A stretch of 62,547 nt of DNA, the filler included, from Nemertoderma westbladi (Eukaryota; Animalia; Xenacoelomorpha): the NCBI GenBank assembly GCA_032718475.1. It is 3 parts of 3 records of this genome, joined end to end, with 100 filler letters (N's around TTAATTAATTAA, not from the genome) between each part and the next. Parts side by side here need not be neighbours in the genome. Positions count along the whole stretch, not along the records: positions 1 to 29,743 come from JAUCBJ010003846.1; 2 more parts are not named here. One strand, 5' to 3'. Shown in pieces: positions 1-13,313 of this stretch (positions within the stretch are counted from its first letter, which is position 1; the number at the start of each line of letters is the position of its first letter). The notes beneath the pieces were generated by a model. That model was not told the DNA's origin. It saw nothing but the letters and a program-made list of their open reading frames with translations, and did not search any database. The position numbers and the translations under genes are program-made.

Positions 1-3000
1 CTCAGTAACCAATACAGGATCAATAGTTGGATCCTAATGTACAGCACCCTCAGTAACCAATACAGGATCAATAGTTGGATCCTAATGTACAGCACCCTCA
101 GTAACCAATACAGGATCAATAGTTGGATCCTAATGTACAGCACCCTCAGTAACCAATACAGGATCAATAGTTGGATCCTAATGTACAGCACCCTCAGTAA
201 CCAATACAGGATCAATAGTTGGATCCTAATGTACAGCACCCTCAGTAACCAATACAGGATCAATAGTTGGATCCTAATGTACAGCACCCTCAGTAACCAA
301 TACAGGATCAATAGTTGGATCCTAATGTACAGCACCCTCAGTAACCAATACAGGATCAATAGTTGGATCCTAATGTACAGCACCCTCAGTAACCAATACA
401 GGATCAATAGTTGGATCCTAATGTACAGCACCCTCAGTAACCAATACAGGATCAATAGTTGGATCCTAATGTACAGCACCCTCAGTAACCAATACAGGAT
501 CAATAGTTGGATCCTAATGTACAGCACCCTCAGTAACCAATACAGGATCAATAGTTGGATCCTAATGTACAGCACCCTCAGTAACCAATACAGGATCAAT
601 AGTTGGATCCTAATGTACAGCACCCTCAGTAACCAATACAGGATCAATAGTTGGATCCTAATGTACAGCACCCTCAGTAACCAATACAGGATCAATAGTT
701 GGATCCTAATGTACAGCACCCTCAGTAACCAATACAGGATCAATAGTTGGATCCTAATGTACAGCACCCTCAGTAACCAATACAGGATCAATAGTTGGAT
801 CCTAATGTACAGCACCCTCAGTAACCAATACAGGATCAATAGTTGGATCCTAATGTACAGCACCCTCAGTAACCAATACAGGATCAATAGTTGGATCCTA
901 ATGTACAGCACCCTCAGTAACCAATACAGGATCAATAGTTGGATCCTAATGTACAGCACCCTCAGTAACCAATACAGGATCAATAGTTGGATCCTAATGT
1001 ACAGCACCCTCAGTAACCAATACAGGATCAATAGTTGGATCCTAATGTACAGCACCCTCAGTAACCAATACAGGATCAATAGTTGGATCCTAATGTACAG
1101 CACCCTCAGTAACCAATACAGGATCAATAGTTGGATCCTAATGTACAGCACCCTCAGTAACCAATACAGGATCAATAGTTGGATCCTAATGTACAGCACC
1201 CTCAGTAACCAATACAGGATCAATAGTTGGATCCTAATGTACAGCACCCTCAGTAACCAATACAGGATCAATAGTTGGATCCTAATGTACAGCACCCTCA
1301 GTAACCAATACAGGATCAATAGTTGGATCCTAATGTACAGCACCCTCAGTAACCAATACAGGATCAATAGTTGGATCCTAATGTACAGCACCCTCAGTAA
1401 CCAATACAGGATCAATAGTTGGATCCTAATGTACAGCACCCTCAGTAACCAATACAGGATCAATAGTTGGATCCTAATGTACAGCACCCTCAGTAACCAA
1501 TACAGGATCAATAGTTGGATCCTAATGTACAGCACCCTCAGTAACCAATACAGGATCAATAGTTGGATCCTAATGTACAGCACCCTCAGTAACCAATACA
1601 GGATCAATAGTTGGATCCTAATGTACAGCACCCTCAGTAACCAATACAGGATCAATAGTTGGATCCTAATGTACAGCACCCTCAGTAACCAATACAGGAT
1701 CAATAGTTGGATCCTAATGTACAGCACCCTCAGTAACCAATACAGGATCAATAGTTGGATCCTAATGTACAGCACCCTCAGTAACCAATACAGGATCAAT
1801 AGTTGGATCCTAATGTACAGCACCCTCAGTAACCAATACAGGATCAATAGTTGGATCCTAATGTACAGCACCCTCAGTAACCAATACAGGATCAATAGTT
1901 GGATCCTAATGTACAGCACCCTCAGTAACCAATACAGGATCAATAGTTGGATCCTAATGTACAGCACCCTCAGTAACCAATACAGGATCAATAGTTGGAT
2001 CCTAATGTACAGCACCCTCAGTAACCAATACAGGATCAATAGTTGGATCCTAATGTACAGCACCCTCAGTAACCAATACAGGATCAATAGTTGGATCCTA
2101 ATGTACAGCACCCTCAGTAACCAATACAGGATCAATAGTTGGATCCTAATGTACAGCACCCTCAGTAACCAATACAGGATCAATAGTTGGATCCTAATGT
2201 ACAGCACCCTCAGTAACCAATACAGGATCAATAGTTGGATCCTAATGTACAGCACCCTCAGTAACCAATACAGGATCAATAGTTGGATCCTAATGTACAG
2301 CACCCTCAGTAACCAATACAGGATCAATAGTTGGATCCTAATGTACAGCACCCTCAGTAACCAATACAGGATCAATAGTTGGATCCTAATGTACAGCACC
2401 CTCAGTAACCAATACAGGATCAATAGTTGGATCCTAATGTACAGCACCCTCAGTAACCAATACAGGATCAATAGTTGGATCCTAATGTACAGCACCCTCA
2501 GTAACCAATACAGGATCAATAGTTGGATCCTAATGTACAGCACCCTCAGTAACCAATACAGGATCAATAGTTGGATCCTAATGTACAGCACCCTCAGTAA
2601 CCAATACAGGATCAATAGTTGGATCCTAATGTACAGCACCCTCAGTAACCAATACAGGATCAATAGTTGGATCCTAATGTACAGCACCCTCAGTAACCAA
2701 TACAGGATCAATAGTTGGATCCTAATGTACAGCACCCTCAGTAACCAATACAGGATCAATAGTTGGATCCTAATGTACAGCACCCTCAGTAACCAATACA
2801 GGATCAATAGTTGGATCCTAATGTACAGCACCCTCAGTAACCAATACAGGATCAATAGTTGGATCCTAATGTACAGCACCCTCAGTAACCAATACAGGAT
2901 CAATAGTTGGATCCTAATGTACAGCACCCTCAGTAACCAATACAGGATCAATAGTTGGATCCTAATGTACAGCACCCTCAGTAACCAATACAGGATCAAT

Positions 3001-6000
3001 AGTTGGATCCTAATGTACAGCACCCTCAGTAACCAATACAGGATCAATAGTTGGATCCTAATGTACAGCACCCTCAGTAACCAATACAGGATCAATAGTT
3101 GGATCCTAATGTACAGCACCCTCAGTAACCAATACAGGATCAATAGTTGGATCCTAATGTACAGCACCCTCAGTAACCAATACAGGATCAATAGTTGGAT
3201 CCTAATGTACAGCACCCTCAGTAACCAATACAGGATCAATAGTTGGATCCTAATGTACAGCACCCTCAGTAACCAATACAGGATCAATAGTTGGATCCTA
3301 ATGTACAGCACCCTCAGTAACCAATACAGGATCAATAGTTGGATCCTAATGTACAGCACCCTCAGTAACCAATACAGGATCAATAGTTGGATCCTAATGT
3401 ACAGCACCCTCAGTAACCAATACAGGATCAATAGTTGGATCCTAATGTACAGCACCCTCAGTAACCAATACAGGATCAATAGTTGGATCCTAATGTACAG
3501 CACCCTCAGTAACCAATACAGGATCAATAGTTGGATCCTAATGTACAGCACCCTCAGTAACCAATACAGGATCAATAGTTGGATCCTAATGTACAGCACC
3601 CTCAGTAACCAATACAGGATCAATAGTTGGATCCTAATGTACAGCACCCTCAGTAACCAATACAGGATCAATAGTTGGATCCTAATGTACAGCACCCTCA
3701 GTAACCAATACAGGATCAATAGTTGGATCCTAATGTACAGCACCCTCAGTAACCAATACAGGATCAATAGTTGGATCCTAATGTACAGCACCCTCAGTAA
3801 CCAATACAGGATCAATAGTTGGATCCTAATGTACAGCACCCTCAGTAACCAATACAGGATCAATAGTTGGATCCTAATGTACAGCACCCTCAGTAACCAA
3901 TACAGGATCAATAGTTGGATCCTAATGTACAGCACCCTCAGTAACCAATACAGGATCAATAGTTGGATCCTAATGTACAGCACCCTCAGTAACCAATACA
4001 GGATCAATAGTTGGATCCTAATGTACAGCACCCTCAGTAACCAATACAGGATCAATAGTTGGATCCTAATGTACAGCACCCTCAGTAACCAATACAGGAT
4101 CAATAGTTGGATCCTAATGTACAGCACCCTCAGTAACCAATACAGGATCAATAGTTGGATCCTAATGTACAGCACCCTCAGTAACCAATACAGGATCAAT
4201 AGTTGGATCCTAATGTACAGCACCCTCAGTAACCAATACAGGATCAATAGTTGGATCCTAATGTACAGCACCCTCAGTAACCAATACAGGATCAATAGTT
4301 GGATCCTAATGTACAGCACCCTCAGTAACCAATACAGGATCAATAGTTGGATCCTAATGTACAGCACCCTCAGTAACCAATACAGGATCAATAGTTGGAT
4401 CCTAATGTACAGCACCCTCAGTAACCAATACAGGATCAATAGTTGGATCCTAATGTACAGCACCCTCAGTAACCAATACAGGATCAATAGTTGGATCCTA
4501 ATGTACAGCACCCTCAGTAACCAATACAGGATCAATAGTTGGATCCTAATGTACAGCACCCTCAGTAACCAATACAGGATCAATAGTTGGATCCTAATGT
4601 ACAGCACCCTCAGTAACCAATACAGGATCAATAGTTGGATCCTAATGTACAGCACCCTCAGTAACCAATACAGGATCAATAGTTGGATCCTAATGTACAG
4701 CACCCTCAGTAACCAATACAGGATCAATAGTTGGATCCTAATGTACAGCACCCTCAGTAACCAATACAGGATCAATAGTTGGATCCTAATGTACAGCACC
4801 CTCAGTAACCAATACAGGATCAATAGTTGGATCCTAATGTACAGCACCCTCAGTAACCAATACAGGATCAATAGTTGGATCCTAATGTACAGCACCCTCA
4901 GTAACCAATACAGGATCAATAGTTGGATCCTAATGTACAGCACCCTCAGTAACCAATACAGGATCAATAGTTGGATCCTAATGTACAGCACCCTCAGTAA
5001 CCAATACAGGATCAATAGTTGGATCCTAATGTACAGCACCCTCAGTAACCAATACAGGATCAATAGTTGGATCCTAATGTACAGCACCCTCAGTAACCAA
5101 TACAGGATCAATAGTTGGATCCTAATGTACAGCACCCTCAGTAACCAATACAGGATCAATAGTTGGATCCTAATGTACAGCACCCTCAGTAACCAATACA
5201 GGATCAATAGTTGGATCCTAATGTACAGCACCCTCAGTAACCAATACAGGATCAATAGTTGGATCCTAATGTACAGCACCCTCAGTAACCAATACAGGAT
5301 CAATAGTTGGATCCTAATGTACAGCACCCTCAGTAACCAATACAGGATCAATAGTTGGATCCTAATGTACAGCACCCTCAGTAACCAATACAGGATCAAT
5401 AGTTGGATCCTAATGTACAGCACCCTCAGTAACCAATACAGGATCAATAGTTGGATCCTAATGTACAGCACCCTCAGTAACCAATACAATACGGATCAAT
5501 AGTTGGATCCTAATGTACAGCACCCTCAGTAACCAATACGGGATCAATAGTTGGATCCTAATGTACAGCACCCTCAGTAACCAATACAGGATCAATAGTT
5601 GGATCCTAATGTACAGCACCCTCAGTAACCAATACAGGATCAATAGTTGGATCCTAATGTACAGCACCCTCAGTAACCAATACAGGATCAATAGTTGGAT
5701 CCTAATGTACAGCACCCTCAGTAACCAATACAGGATCAATAGTTGGATCCTAATGTACAGCACCCTCAGTAACCAATACAATACGGATCAATAGTTGGAT
5801 CCTAATGTACAGCACCCTCAGTAACCAATACAGGATCAATAGTTGGATCCTAATGTACAGCACCCCCAGTAACCAATACGGATCAATAGTTGGATCCTAA
5901 TGTACAGCACCCTCAGTAACCAATACAGGATCAATAGTTGGATCCTAATGTACAGCACCCTCAGTAACCAATACAGGATCAATAGTTGGATCCTAATGTA

Positions 6001-7999
6001 CAGCACCCTCAGTAACCAATACAATACGGATCAATAGTTGGATCCTAATGTACAGCACCCTCAGTAACCAATACAGGATCAATAGTTGGATCCTAATGTA
6101 CAGCACCCCCAGTAACCAATACGGATCAATAGTTGGATCCTAATGTACAGCACCCTCAGTAACCAATACAGGATCAATAGTTGGATCCTAATGTACAGCA
6201 CCCTCAGTAACCAATACAGGATCAATAGTTGGATCTAATGTACAGCACCCTCAGTAACCAATACGGGATCAATAGTTGGATCCTAATGTACAGCACCCTC
6301 AGTAACCAATACGGGATCAATAGTTGGATCCTAATGTACAGCACCCTCAGTAACCAATACAGGATCAATAGTTGGATCCTAATGTACAGCACCCTCAGTA
6401 ACCAATACAATACGGATCAATAGTTGGATCCTAATGTACAGCACCCTCAGTAACCAATACAGGATCAATAGTTGGATCCTAATGTACAGCACCCCCAGTA
6501 ACCAATACGGATCAATAGTTGGATCCTAATGTACAGCACCCACAGTAACCAATACAGGATCAATAGTTGGATCCTAATGTACAGCACCCTCAGTAACCAA
6601 TACAGGATCAATAGTTGGATCCTAATGTACAGCACCCTCAGTAACCAATACGGGATCAATAGTTGGATCCTAATGTACAGCACCCTCAGTAACCAATACA
6701 GGATCACTAGTTGGATCCTAATGTACAGCACCCTCAGTAACCAATACAGGATCAATAGTTGGATCCTAATGTACAGCACCCTCAGTAACCAATACAGGAT
6801 CAATAGTTGGATCCTAATGTACAGCACCCTCAGTAACCAATACAGGATCAATAGTTGGATCCTAATGTACAGCACCCTCAGTAAACAATACGGGATCAAT
6901 AGTTGGATCCTAATGTACAGCACCCTCAGTAACCAATACGGATCAATAGTTGGATCCTAATGTACAGCACCCTTAGTAACCAATACAGGATCAATAGTTG
7001 GATCCTAATGTACAGCACCCTCAGTAACCAATATGGATCAATAGTTGGATCCAAATATACAGCACCCCCAGTAACCAATACAGGATCAATAGTTGGATCC
7101 TAATGTACAGCACCCTCAGTAACCAATACAGGATCAATAGTTGGATCCTAATGTACAGCACCCTCAGTAACCAATACGGATCAATAGTTGGATCCAAATG
7201 TACAGCACCCTCAGTAACCAATACGGATCAATAGTTGGATCCAAATGTACAGCACCCTTAGTAACCAATACAGGATCAATAGTTGGATCCTAATGTACAG
7301 CACCCTCAGTAAACAATACGGGATCAATAGTTGGATCCTAATGTACAGCACCCTCAGTAACCAATACGGATCAATAGTTGGATCCTAATGTACAGCACCC
7401 TCAGTAACCAATACAGGATCAATAGTTGGATCCTAATATACAGCACCCCCAGTAACCAATACAGGATCAATAGTTGGATCCTAATGTACAGCACCCTCAG
7501 TAACCAATACAGGATCAATAGTTGGATCCTAATGTACAGCACCCTCAGTAACCAATACGGATCAATAGTTGGATCCAAATGTACAGCACCCTTAGTAACC
7601 AATACAGGATCAATAGTTGGATCCTAATGTACAGCACCCTCAGTAACCAATATGGATCAATAGTTGGATCCTAATGTACAGCACCCTCAGTAACCAATAC
7701 AGGATCAATAGTTGGATCCTAATGTACAGCACCCTCAGTAACCAATACAGGATCAATAGTTGGATCCTAATATACAGCACCCCCAGTAACCAATACAGGA
7801 TCAATAGTTGGATCCTAATGTACAGCACCCTCAGTAACCAATACAGGATCAATAGTTGGATCCTAATGTACAGCACCCTCAGTAACCAATACGGATCAAT
7901 AGTTGGATCCAAATGTACAGCACCCTCAGTAACCAATACGGATCAATAGTTGGATCCTAATGTACAGCACCCCCAGTAACCAATACAGGATCAATAGTT
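1..7999. repeat. 48-bp tandem satellite array (~166 copies) running off the window start
   Basis: Unit CTCAGTAACCAATACAGGATCAATAGTTGGATCCTAATGTACAGCACC. Invariant from 1 to 5488; variant units (AATAC duplication, 1-bp deletions, substitutions) from 5489 to 7999. Confidence 0.98.
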
Positions 8000-8011
8000 T
8001 CTATTTTATAC

Positions 8012-8156
8012 TAGAGACCAGGTACAATTAGAGACCAGGTACAATTAGAGACCAGGTACAATTAGAGACCAGGTACAATTAGAGACCAGGTACAATTAGA
8101 GACCAGGTACAATTAGAGACCAGGTACAATTAGAGACCAGGTACAATTAGAGACCA
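8012..8156. repeat. 17-bp minisatellite (~8.5 copies)
   Basis: Perfect tandem TAGAGACCAGGTACAAT between the 48-bp array and the AMPD 3' end. Confidence 0.95.
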
Positions 8157-8325
8157 TATCATTTTTACTTTCTCGATAAATAAATATTATTTAATGGCAT
8201 TTAATAGTGATCTGATCTGTATATAATTAATTACTGTTATTGCTGTGAGTATAGGCGTCGCCGTAGTGAATCGGGCTAAAACAATTGCGGAACTTCGGTA
8301 GCCGATGTGTGAACTTCGTCGGAAG

Positions 8326-9582
8326 TTAGCGCTTATCGGTCGACTCACGTCTGAGTCCGGCCGCATCCAACGTCATTCGCGCGGCCGCGCACACACCGCG
8401 CAACTCCTCAACCAACGTCTCGTACCGGTATGCGACCCGGACGTCCGGTACGTTGGTCCGATCCAACTTGTTACCGGCGGGCCCCTCCTTCGTGTAATCA
8501 TCCCCGAGCCAATGCCGCTTCCAGGCGTGCGGGAACCCGCTCATAACCACGCTGTTCCGCGCGAACTCAGACATATCCGTGGTGGAGAGCTTCCAGACCT
8601 GTGTCGCGATGGAGTACTCCTCCATCAACGGCTCCTTGGTGTAGTGGAACTGTAGGGGATCATCGGTGGACAAGGCCACAACCAATCCGCGCGCGAAGTA
8701 CTCTTGTATGGGGTTGCGATGGTAGTTGAGGAACAGTGAATTGTTGGAGAGCGGCGACATGGCGATGCCGATCTGAGCGAGGTAGTAGAGGTACTGTAGG
8801 ACGGGGGTCTTACGGAGCACCAACCCGTGGGAGATGTTCTCGGCGACCATGAATCCCGCGACGAGATGATGCACCGAACCAGCCTCTCCGCAATGCGGAC
8901 GGAACGCGAAGGTGTTGATGTTGAGCTTCCGACGGAGGTAGTTGAGCACGACGAGGTTGCAGTAGGTGTAGTAGAGGTAGTAGATGTAGGAGGGGTTCTC
9001 GGTGGAGGTCCACTCGCGGGGTAGAGGACTCCCGGAGTGGAACCGGTGCGGCTCCGGTTTGGATTCGTCGTCGACCGAGTCGAACCCGATGACGTGGCCG
9101 AGGAACTGATGGAGTTCGGGGTGGGAGTTGGGCCTCGCGGTCACCTCGAACAACGGCAGGAAGATGTTGCGAAGCACCTCTTCGAAGTTGTCCACAAGGC
9201 CGTTGGTGCGGTATACGTCGTATAGCCGAGGTATCTGTATGAGCCACCGGACGTTGGGACTGTAGACGCGATGTTTGACCGCCCACCTCGCCAACTTGTC
9301 CCATTCGTCCAAACTCTTCCCGTATATCGACAACCGCAGCTCCGCGTACTGGTACTTTGACTCCTCCAGATCGTCTGCGACTTCCTTTATCAACTCAGCG
9401 AAGTACCGCCCCTCGACTAGGTTGTCCGTCTTTATGAATATGTCTCGGAGTTGGGAGGCCCCGATGGGGTTGTACTTGTCGTTGAACTTATCGAAGCGAT
9501 GGAAGGTGTTCCGGTCTGCGTGGACGTCGAGGGAGTCCACGGACAGGTCGTATGGGGTGATGTTGAGATCGTTGAAAACACC
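8326..9582 (-). CDS. AMPD2: AMP deaminase (AMPD2-like), last coding exon
   Basis: Motifs [64 protein letters not shown]. Acceptor CAG|GGT at 9583/9582; stop at 8326. Confidence 0.95.
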   Translation of the reverse strand, partial: GVFNDLNITPYDLSVDSLDVHADRNTFHRFDKFNDKYNPIGASQLRDIFIKTDNLVEGRYFAELIKEVADDLEESKYQYAELRLSIYGKSLDEWDKLARWAVKHRVYSPNVRWLIQIPRLYDVYRTNGLVDNFEEVLRNIFLPLFEVTARPNSHPELHQFLGHVIGFDSVDDESKPEPHRFHSGSPLPREWTSTENPSYIYYLYYTYCNLVVLNYLRRKLNINTFAFRPHCGEAGSVHHLVAGFMVAENISHGLVLRKTPVLQYLYYLAQIGIAMSPLSNNSLFLNYHRNPIQEYFARGLVVALSTDDPLQFHYTKEPLMEEYSIATQVWKLSTTDMSEFARNSVVMSGFPHAWKRHWLGDDYTKEGPAGNKLDRTNVPDVRVAYRYETLVEELRGVCAAARMTLDAAGLRRESTDKR

Positions 9583-9813
9583 CTGATGATAATGTGTAAT
9601 GAAATTATAAATAATTGAAGAACGCGGTGAGTCACTTCTTAGCAAATGTTTGCTGAAAATATTTAGATAATAATTAAATGTTAATCATATTCATCGATGT
9701 TTTTTCACGTTAAATTAAACTACTAATTAATAAAAAGTTAATCCAGATTTTGAACTGTAATAGTCGTAATTTAGTATGAATGAAACCCAAGAGAGATCCA
9801 ACCATTCACTAAC

Positions 9814-11091
9814 CTGCAACGTCTTCGCCTCTCCGCCCTTCTCGATAACCAATTCGTTAGAGTGTCGCTTCAGTTTCCTCTTCATAAATCGGAGTAAATG
9901 TTTTTGGTTCATGCAGCTCGAGGCGTGGATGTGATTGTCTACCTTGCGGATGTTGTAGAAGTCCCTATGGGGGATGGACTTCTGGGAGGCGACCTCTCTG
10001 GTCTCGTTGAGCAGACAGTGAAGCGTAAAGCGACTCGCGAGGTAACTGAGTCGCTTGTAGGTGAAGGTCTTCAAGGGCCCGTTGGCCGTCATGGCGACCA
10101 ACACGTTAAGGTCTACCATGAAGGAAGCCACGTCAGGAAACGGGAAGTTCAACGGCGCTGCCTCGTTGCCGGAAGAGGAATCGTAGACGGCGAATACGCC
10201 GGACTCCAGGCGGAACTCCAGGTTCTGGTCCTTGTGGAACACGACGGAGAAGGGCTGGTTGGGGTCCGCGGGGGGTTTCATTGTGTGGCACTGCATCGAA
10301 GAACCGAGTTCGAACTCCGAGTCCACGATATTAATCGACGGATTATCCGAACCGCTGCCTCCGCCGACTGTCTTTAAGAAACTCGACGTCGTCTTGGGGA
10401 ACTTTTGTAACGATAGTGTCATATACTTCTCCCGGATGCGAAGCGCTTGAACGAGAAAGCGCGACAACTCTCCGGCGTCTTCGTCGCCGGTCTTCAGCCG
10501 AAGATCTGGGATCAACTTCCTCGTGGATATGGTCGTCAACGGGCTCGAACGCGCGCTCGCGCTAGTGGTGGGAACCCCGGGAAACGAGTAGGGGCTGCAG
10601 TTGCGTCGCATTTCGATGGGTTGGGGAGGGGCGCTGCCGCCCCACAGCTGGTACGGTTCGCATCCCGATATAGTGACACGTTGGAACTCCTCAATCTCGC
10701 AATCCTCTATAAGGGAGGCCACCGGAAGTGGATTGGACGTTTCCGTCTCCTTTAGATGATCCAACAAGGTCGCCACTCTACTTCCCCTCACCGAAGACGC
10801 GTCGTTCGCCCATTCGTGCTGTTTCTGACCGAACTGGCTCCGCAACGCCTCCTCCTCCACTTCCGCTTTGTTGAAGAGTTTATCCGCGTATTTGTCCAGT
10901 TCCGAATCGTACGCGGAGGGCTGGTGCCGCGGGAACGAGACCCCGGGGGCCAACGGACTCAGCAACGTGTTGGTCTCCGCGTCAATGTCTCGACCGCTCA
11001 GCGGGGAGCAGTTCAAGATTAGTGTCTGGGGAGGGGCCGATTTACTGGAGGCATTGGTCGCAGTCGTAGTCGCAGTCGCGCGAGTTGCCAT
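9814..11091 (-). CDS. AMPD2: AMP deaminase (AMPD2-like), upstream coding exon
   Basis: Motifs EFQRVTISG, ALRIREKYM, HRDFYNIRKVDNHIHASSCMNQKHLLRF. Donor CAG|GTTAGT at 9814/9813. The 231-bp phase-0 intron 9583-9813 joins KTLQ|GVFNDL (~844 aa total). The start ATG at 11091 is inferred. Confidence 0.88.
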
Positions 11092-13193
11092 TAGGGATCG
11101 CAAATAAAACAAATAAAGGTAATTGCTCAAATTATGTTTTTCCTTCAATAACGGCGATTGATTATATATTACTAATAAATGACTCGAGAACCAAGATGCG
11201 TGACGACAATGAGGTTATCAAACACTTTTACCTACTTAAATAAAGTATTTATTTGCCTATTGTTATTGACTATCCTATACTGCTATATGTAATATGGTGC
11301 AAGGTCCAGAAAGGCGAGTTGTTGCAGTATGGCAAGACAGTAAAATGCGATAGGAATGTAGTAACGAATAAAGATATCCCAGTTAAATATATTCGTACCT
11401 CCTGCATTCCACATTACCCAGTAATGCTGTAATTAATTGAGTTATAAGCACGGCTTTTCGGTCTAAATTCAAAAGATACCCTATCGTACCGATAATTCTG
11501 TAGGCTAATAATATAATAATGATAATGATAATACCGACACCAGGTTACGGCGTTTAGCTGTTTACGTAATTAGCAAATGTTCTGATCTGTTTCTGTCATC
11601 AACCAGTCAAAAGAAAGTGGCGCACATTGGCCGCAAGTGAAAATAGTGATCTTCAGCGCAGGTTGACCGCAGGTGAAATAATGTGTAGTTTATTGATTTG
11701 GTTAGAAAACACCGCCCTGTAACCTGCTCTAGGTTACCTTTAAAGTTTTTAATTAAATTCAATTAATTTTTCCAACTCACGCGTGACACTTCGTGTCATC
11801 AGAAAATAACACTATATTACCGTTCATGGTGTATATTATTAGGTATTATTATTTATTAATGCTAGCTTTATTTATTTTCTTTTGACTGTCTTTTGACTCG
11901 ATAGTGTGAACGCGGCCTTAGACGATGGCGTGGATGGTCGTAGAGCGAGTAGGGTAATTAAATCATATATATAAATCATATAATTATTGTTAACTTCACT
12001 ATCGCTACACCTACAATTAGTGTAATTAATAAACTAATAACTACAAACATTATGTAGAGTCAATAATTAATTATTCTTAAGAAATACCAACTGATATATA
12101 AACTTCAACTTATTTACTGCGATTTAAGTAAATTATACTATTAAACTCTGGTTAAACTCTTAATTAAACTCTGGTCCTCCATTGCCCTGCCTACAATCAT
12201 CTATAGTGCAAGGTTTATGGTTGGACGAATGACGAGCGGGGATAGAAACAAACTTGATACATACCATCGAAAGGCACTGAGGGGTCTTCTACATTTGGGA
12301 ACGTATGCTAGTAACTCGATAATATACAAACTGATGAAATGCCGACCTCTGATGCATTTGCAGCTTCTATAGGCACTATAATTCGCATATCTACGTGCCC
12401 TAATGCAATCTTTCAAAGTCTATTGCGTATATCACTTCACAGGAACGCAAGACGAGCAGATTCCAGAAGTCAAAATCATTATATCGGGATTGGATCAACA
12501 TATTATAATTGCCGTGAGTCATTTCCTGTTCCCTGCATAGTCTCTTTACTCACATACCAATACAGCAAATTGGATCTCATCTCTCGACTGAACCTGGGTT
12601 CCCTGTCCGTCGGTGAGACAGCTCAGTGTGACTTCATTAATAATTGTTACAACGATATTTATAGTACATCCCCATTCAACACCCGACATAGTCGAATAAT
12701 CGAATTTTTCAACACAATATAAGTGAGCCATCTACCTACAGCTCTATACCGTAACATTTTAATTATTTATCAGTGTCAACAGAAAATTTATACTTCATGT
12801 CTGTCAAGTCTGATAATTACGAACTAACTTTAATCTATGTCTTATTAATTTAATGTTATACCGGTACTTTTTATCAGGTGTGTACAAAAATTTTAATTAT
12901 ATATCATTTTAGATGATTAAATAAATAAATAATAATAAAATAATAATAATAACTATATTAGATAGCCAAATAAGTAATCATCATCATACGGTGGTGATTT
13001 CCGGCCATTTACTACTTTTTTAGTATTTTTTTTATTTTTTTCCAAAGTATTTTTTTCATTTTTTTCTAAAGTTTTTTTTTCATTTATTGGATAATGTTTC
13101 TTAGCTGTTCAATATTATTATAATATTATGTGTTGTAATGGTTTTTCTGTATTGAAATGACCCAATGTTAAATAGCTAATTTATATTACTGTA

Positions 13194-13313
13194 ATGGAAG
13201 AGGCTTTTCATGACTATTTTGATCACGGCTATTCGTATGACGAAATTAGGAAACTTTGCATGGAAAACCACAATGTGATTGTGTCTACAAGGACAATTCG
13301 ACCTCACATATAG
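13194..13313 (+). pseudogene. Short relic ORF resembling the Clr5-like/HTH N-terminus of integrase-core (IS3EU-like) transposases
   Basis: My translation MEEAFHDYFDHGYSYDEIRKLCMENHNVIVSTRTIR fits a YF..GY.Y.EI...L...H...S.RT pattern. It is truncated by a 24-bp inverted repeat. Confidence 0.4.

Noticed and set aside
37-5502. 1821-aa ORF (MYSTLSNQYRINSWIL)n and related short ORFs to 7949
   Set aside because: By-product of a 48-bp unit (multiple of 3) lacking a stop in one frame; edge variants include frameshifting indels, so the frame is not under selection.
8305-11107. Alternate-frame and antisense ORFs over AMPD (likewise over DSTYK, TIMMDC1 and the LINE)
   Set aside because: Shadow ORFs of GC-rich coding sequence with no recognisable motifs.
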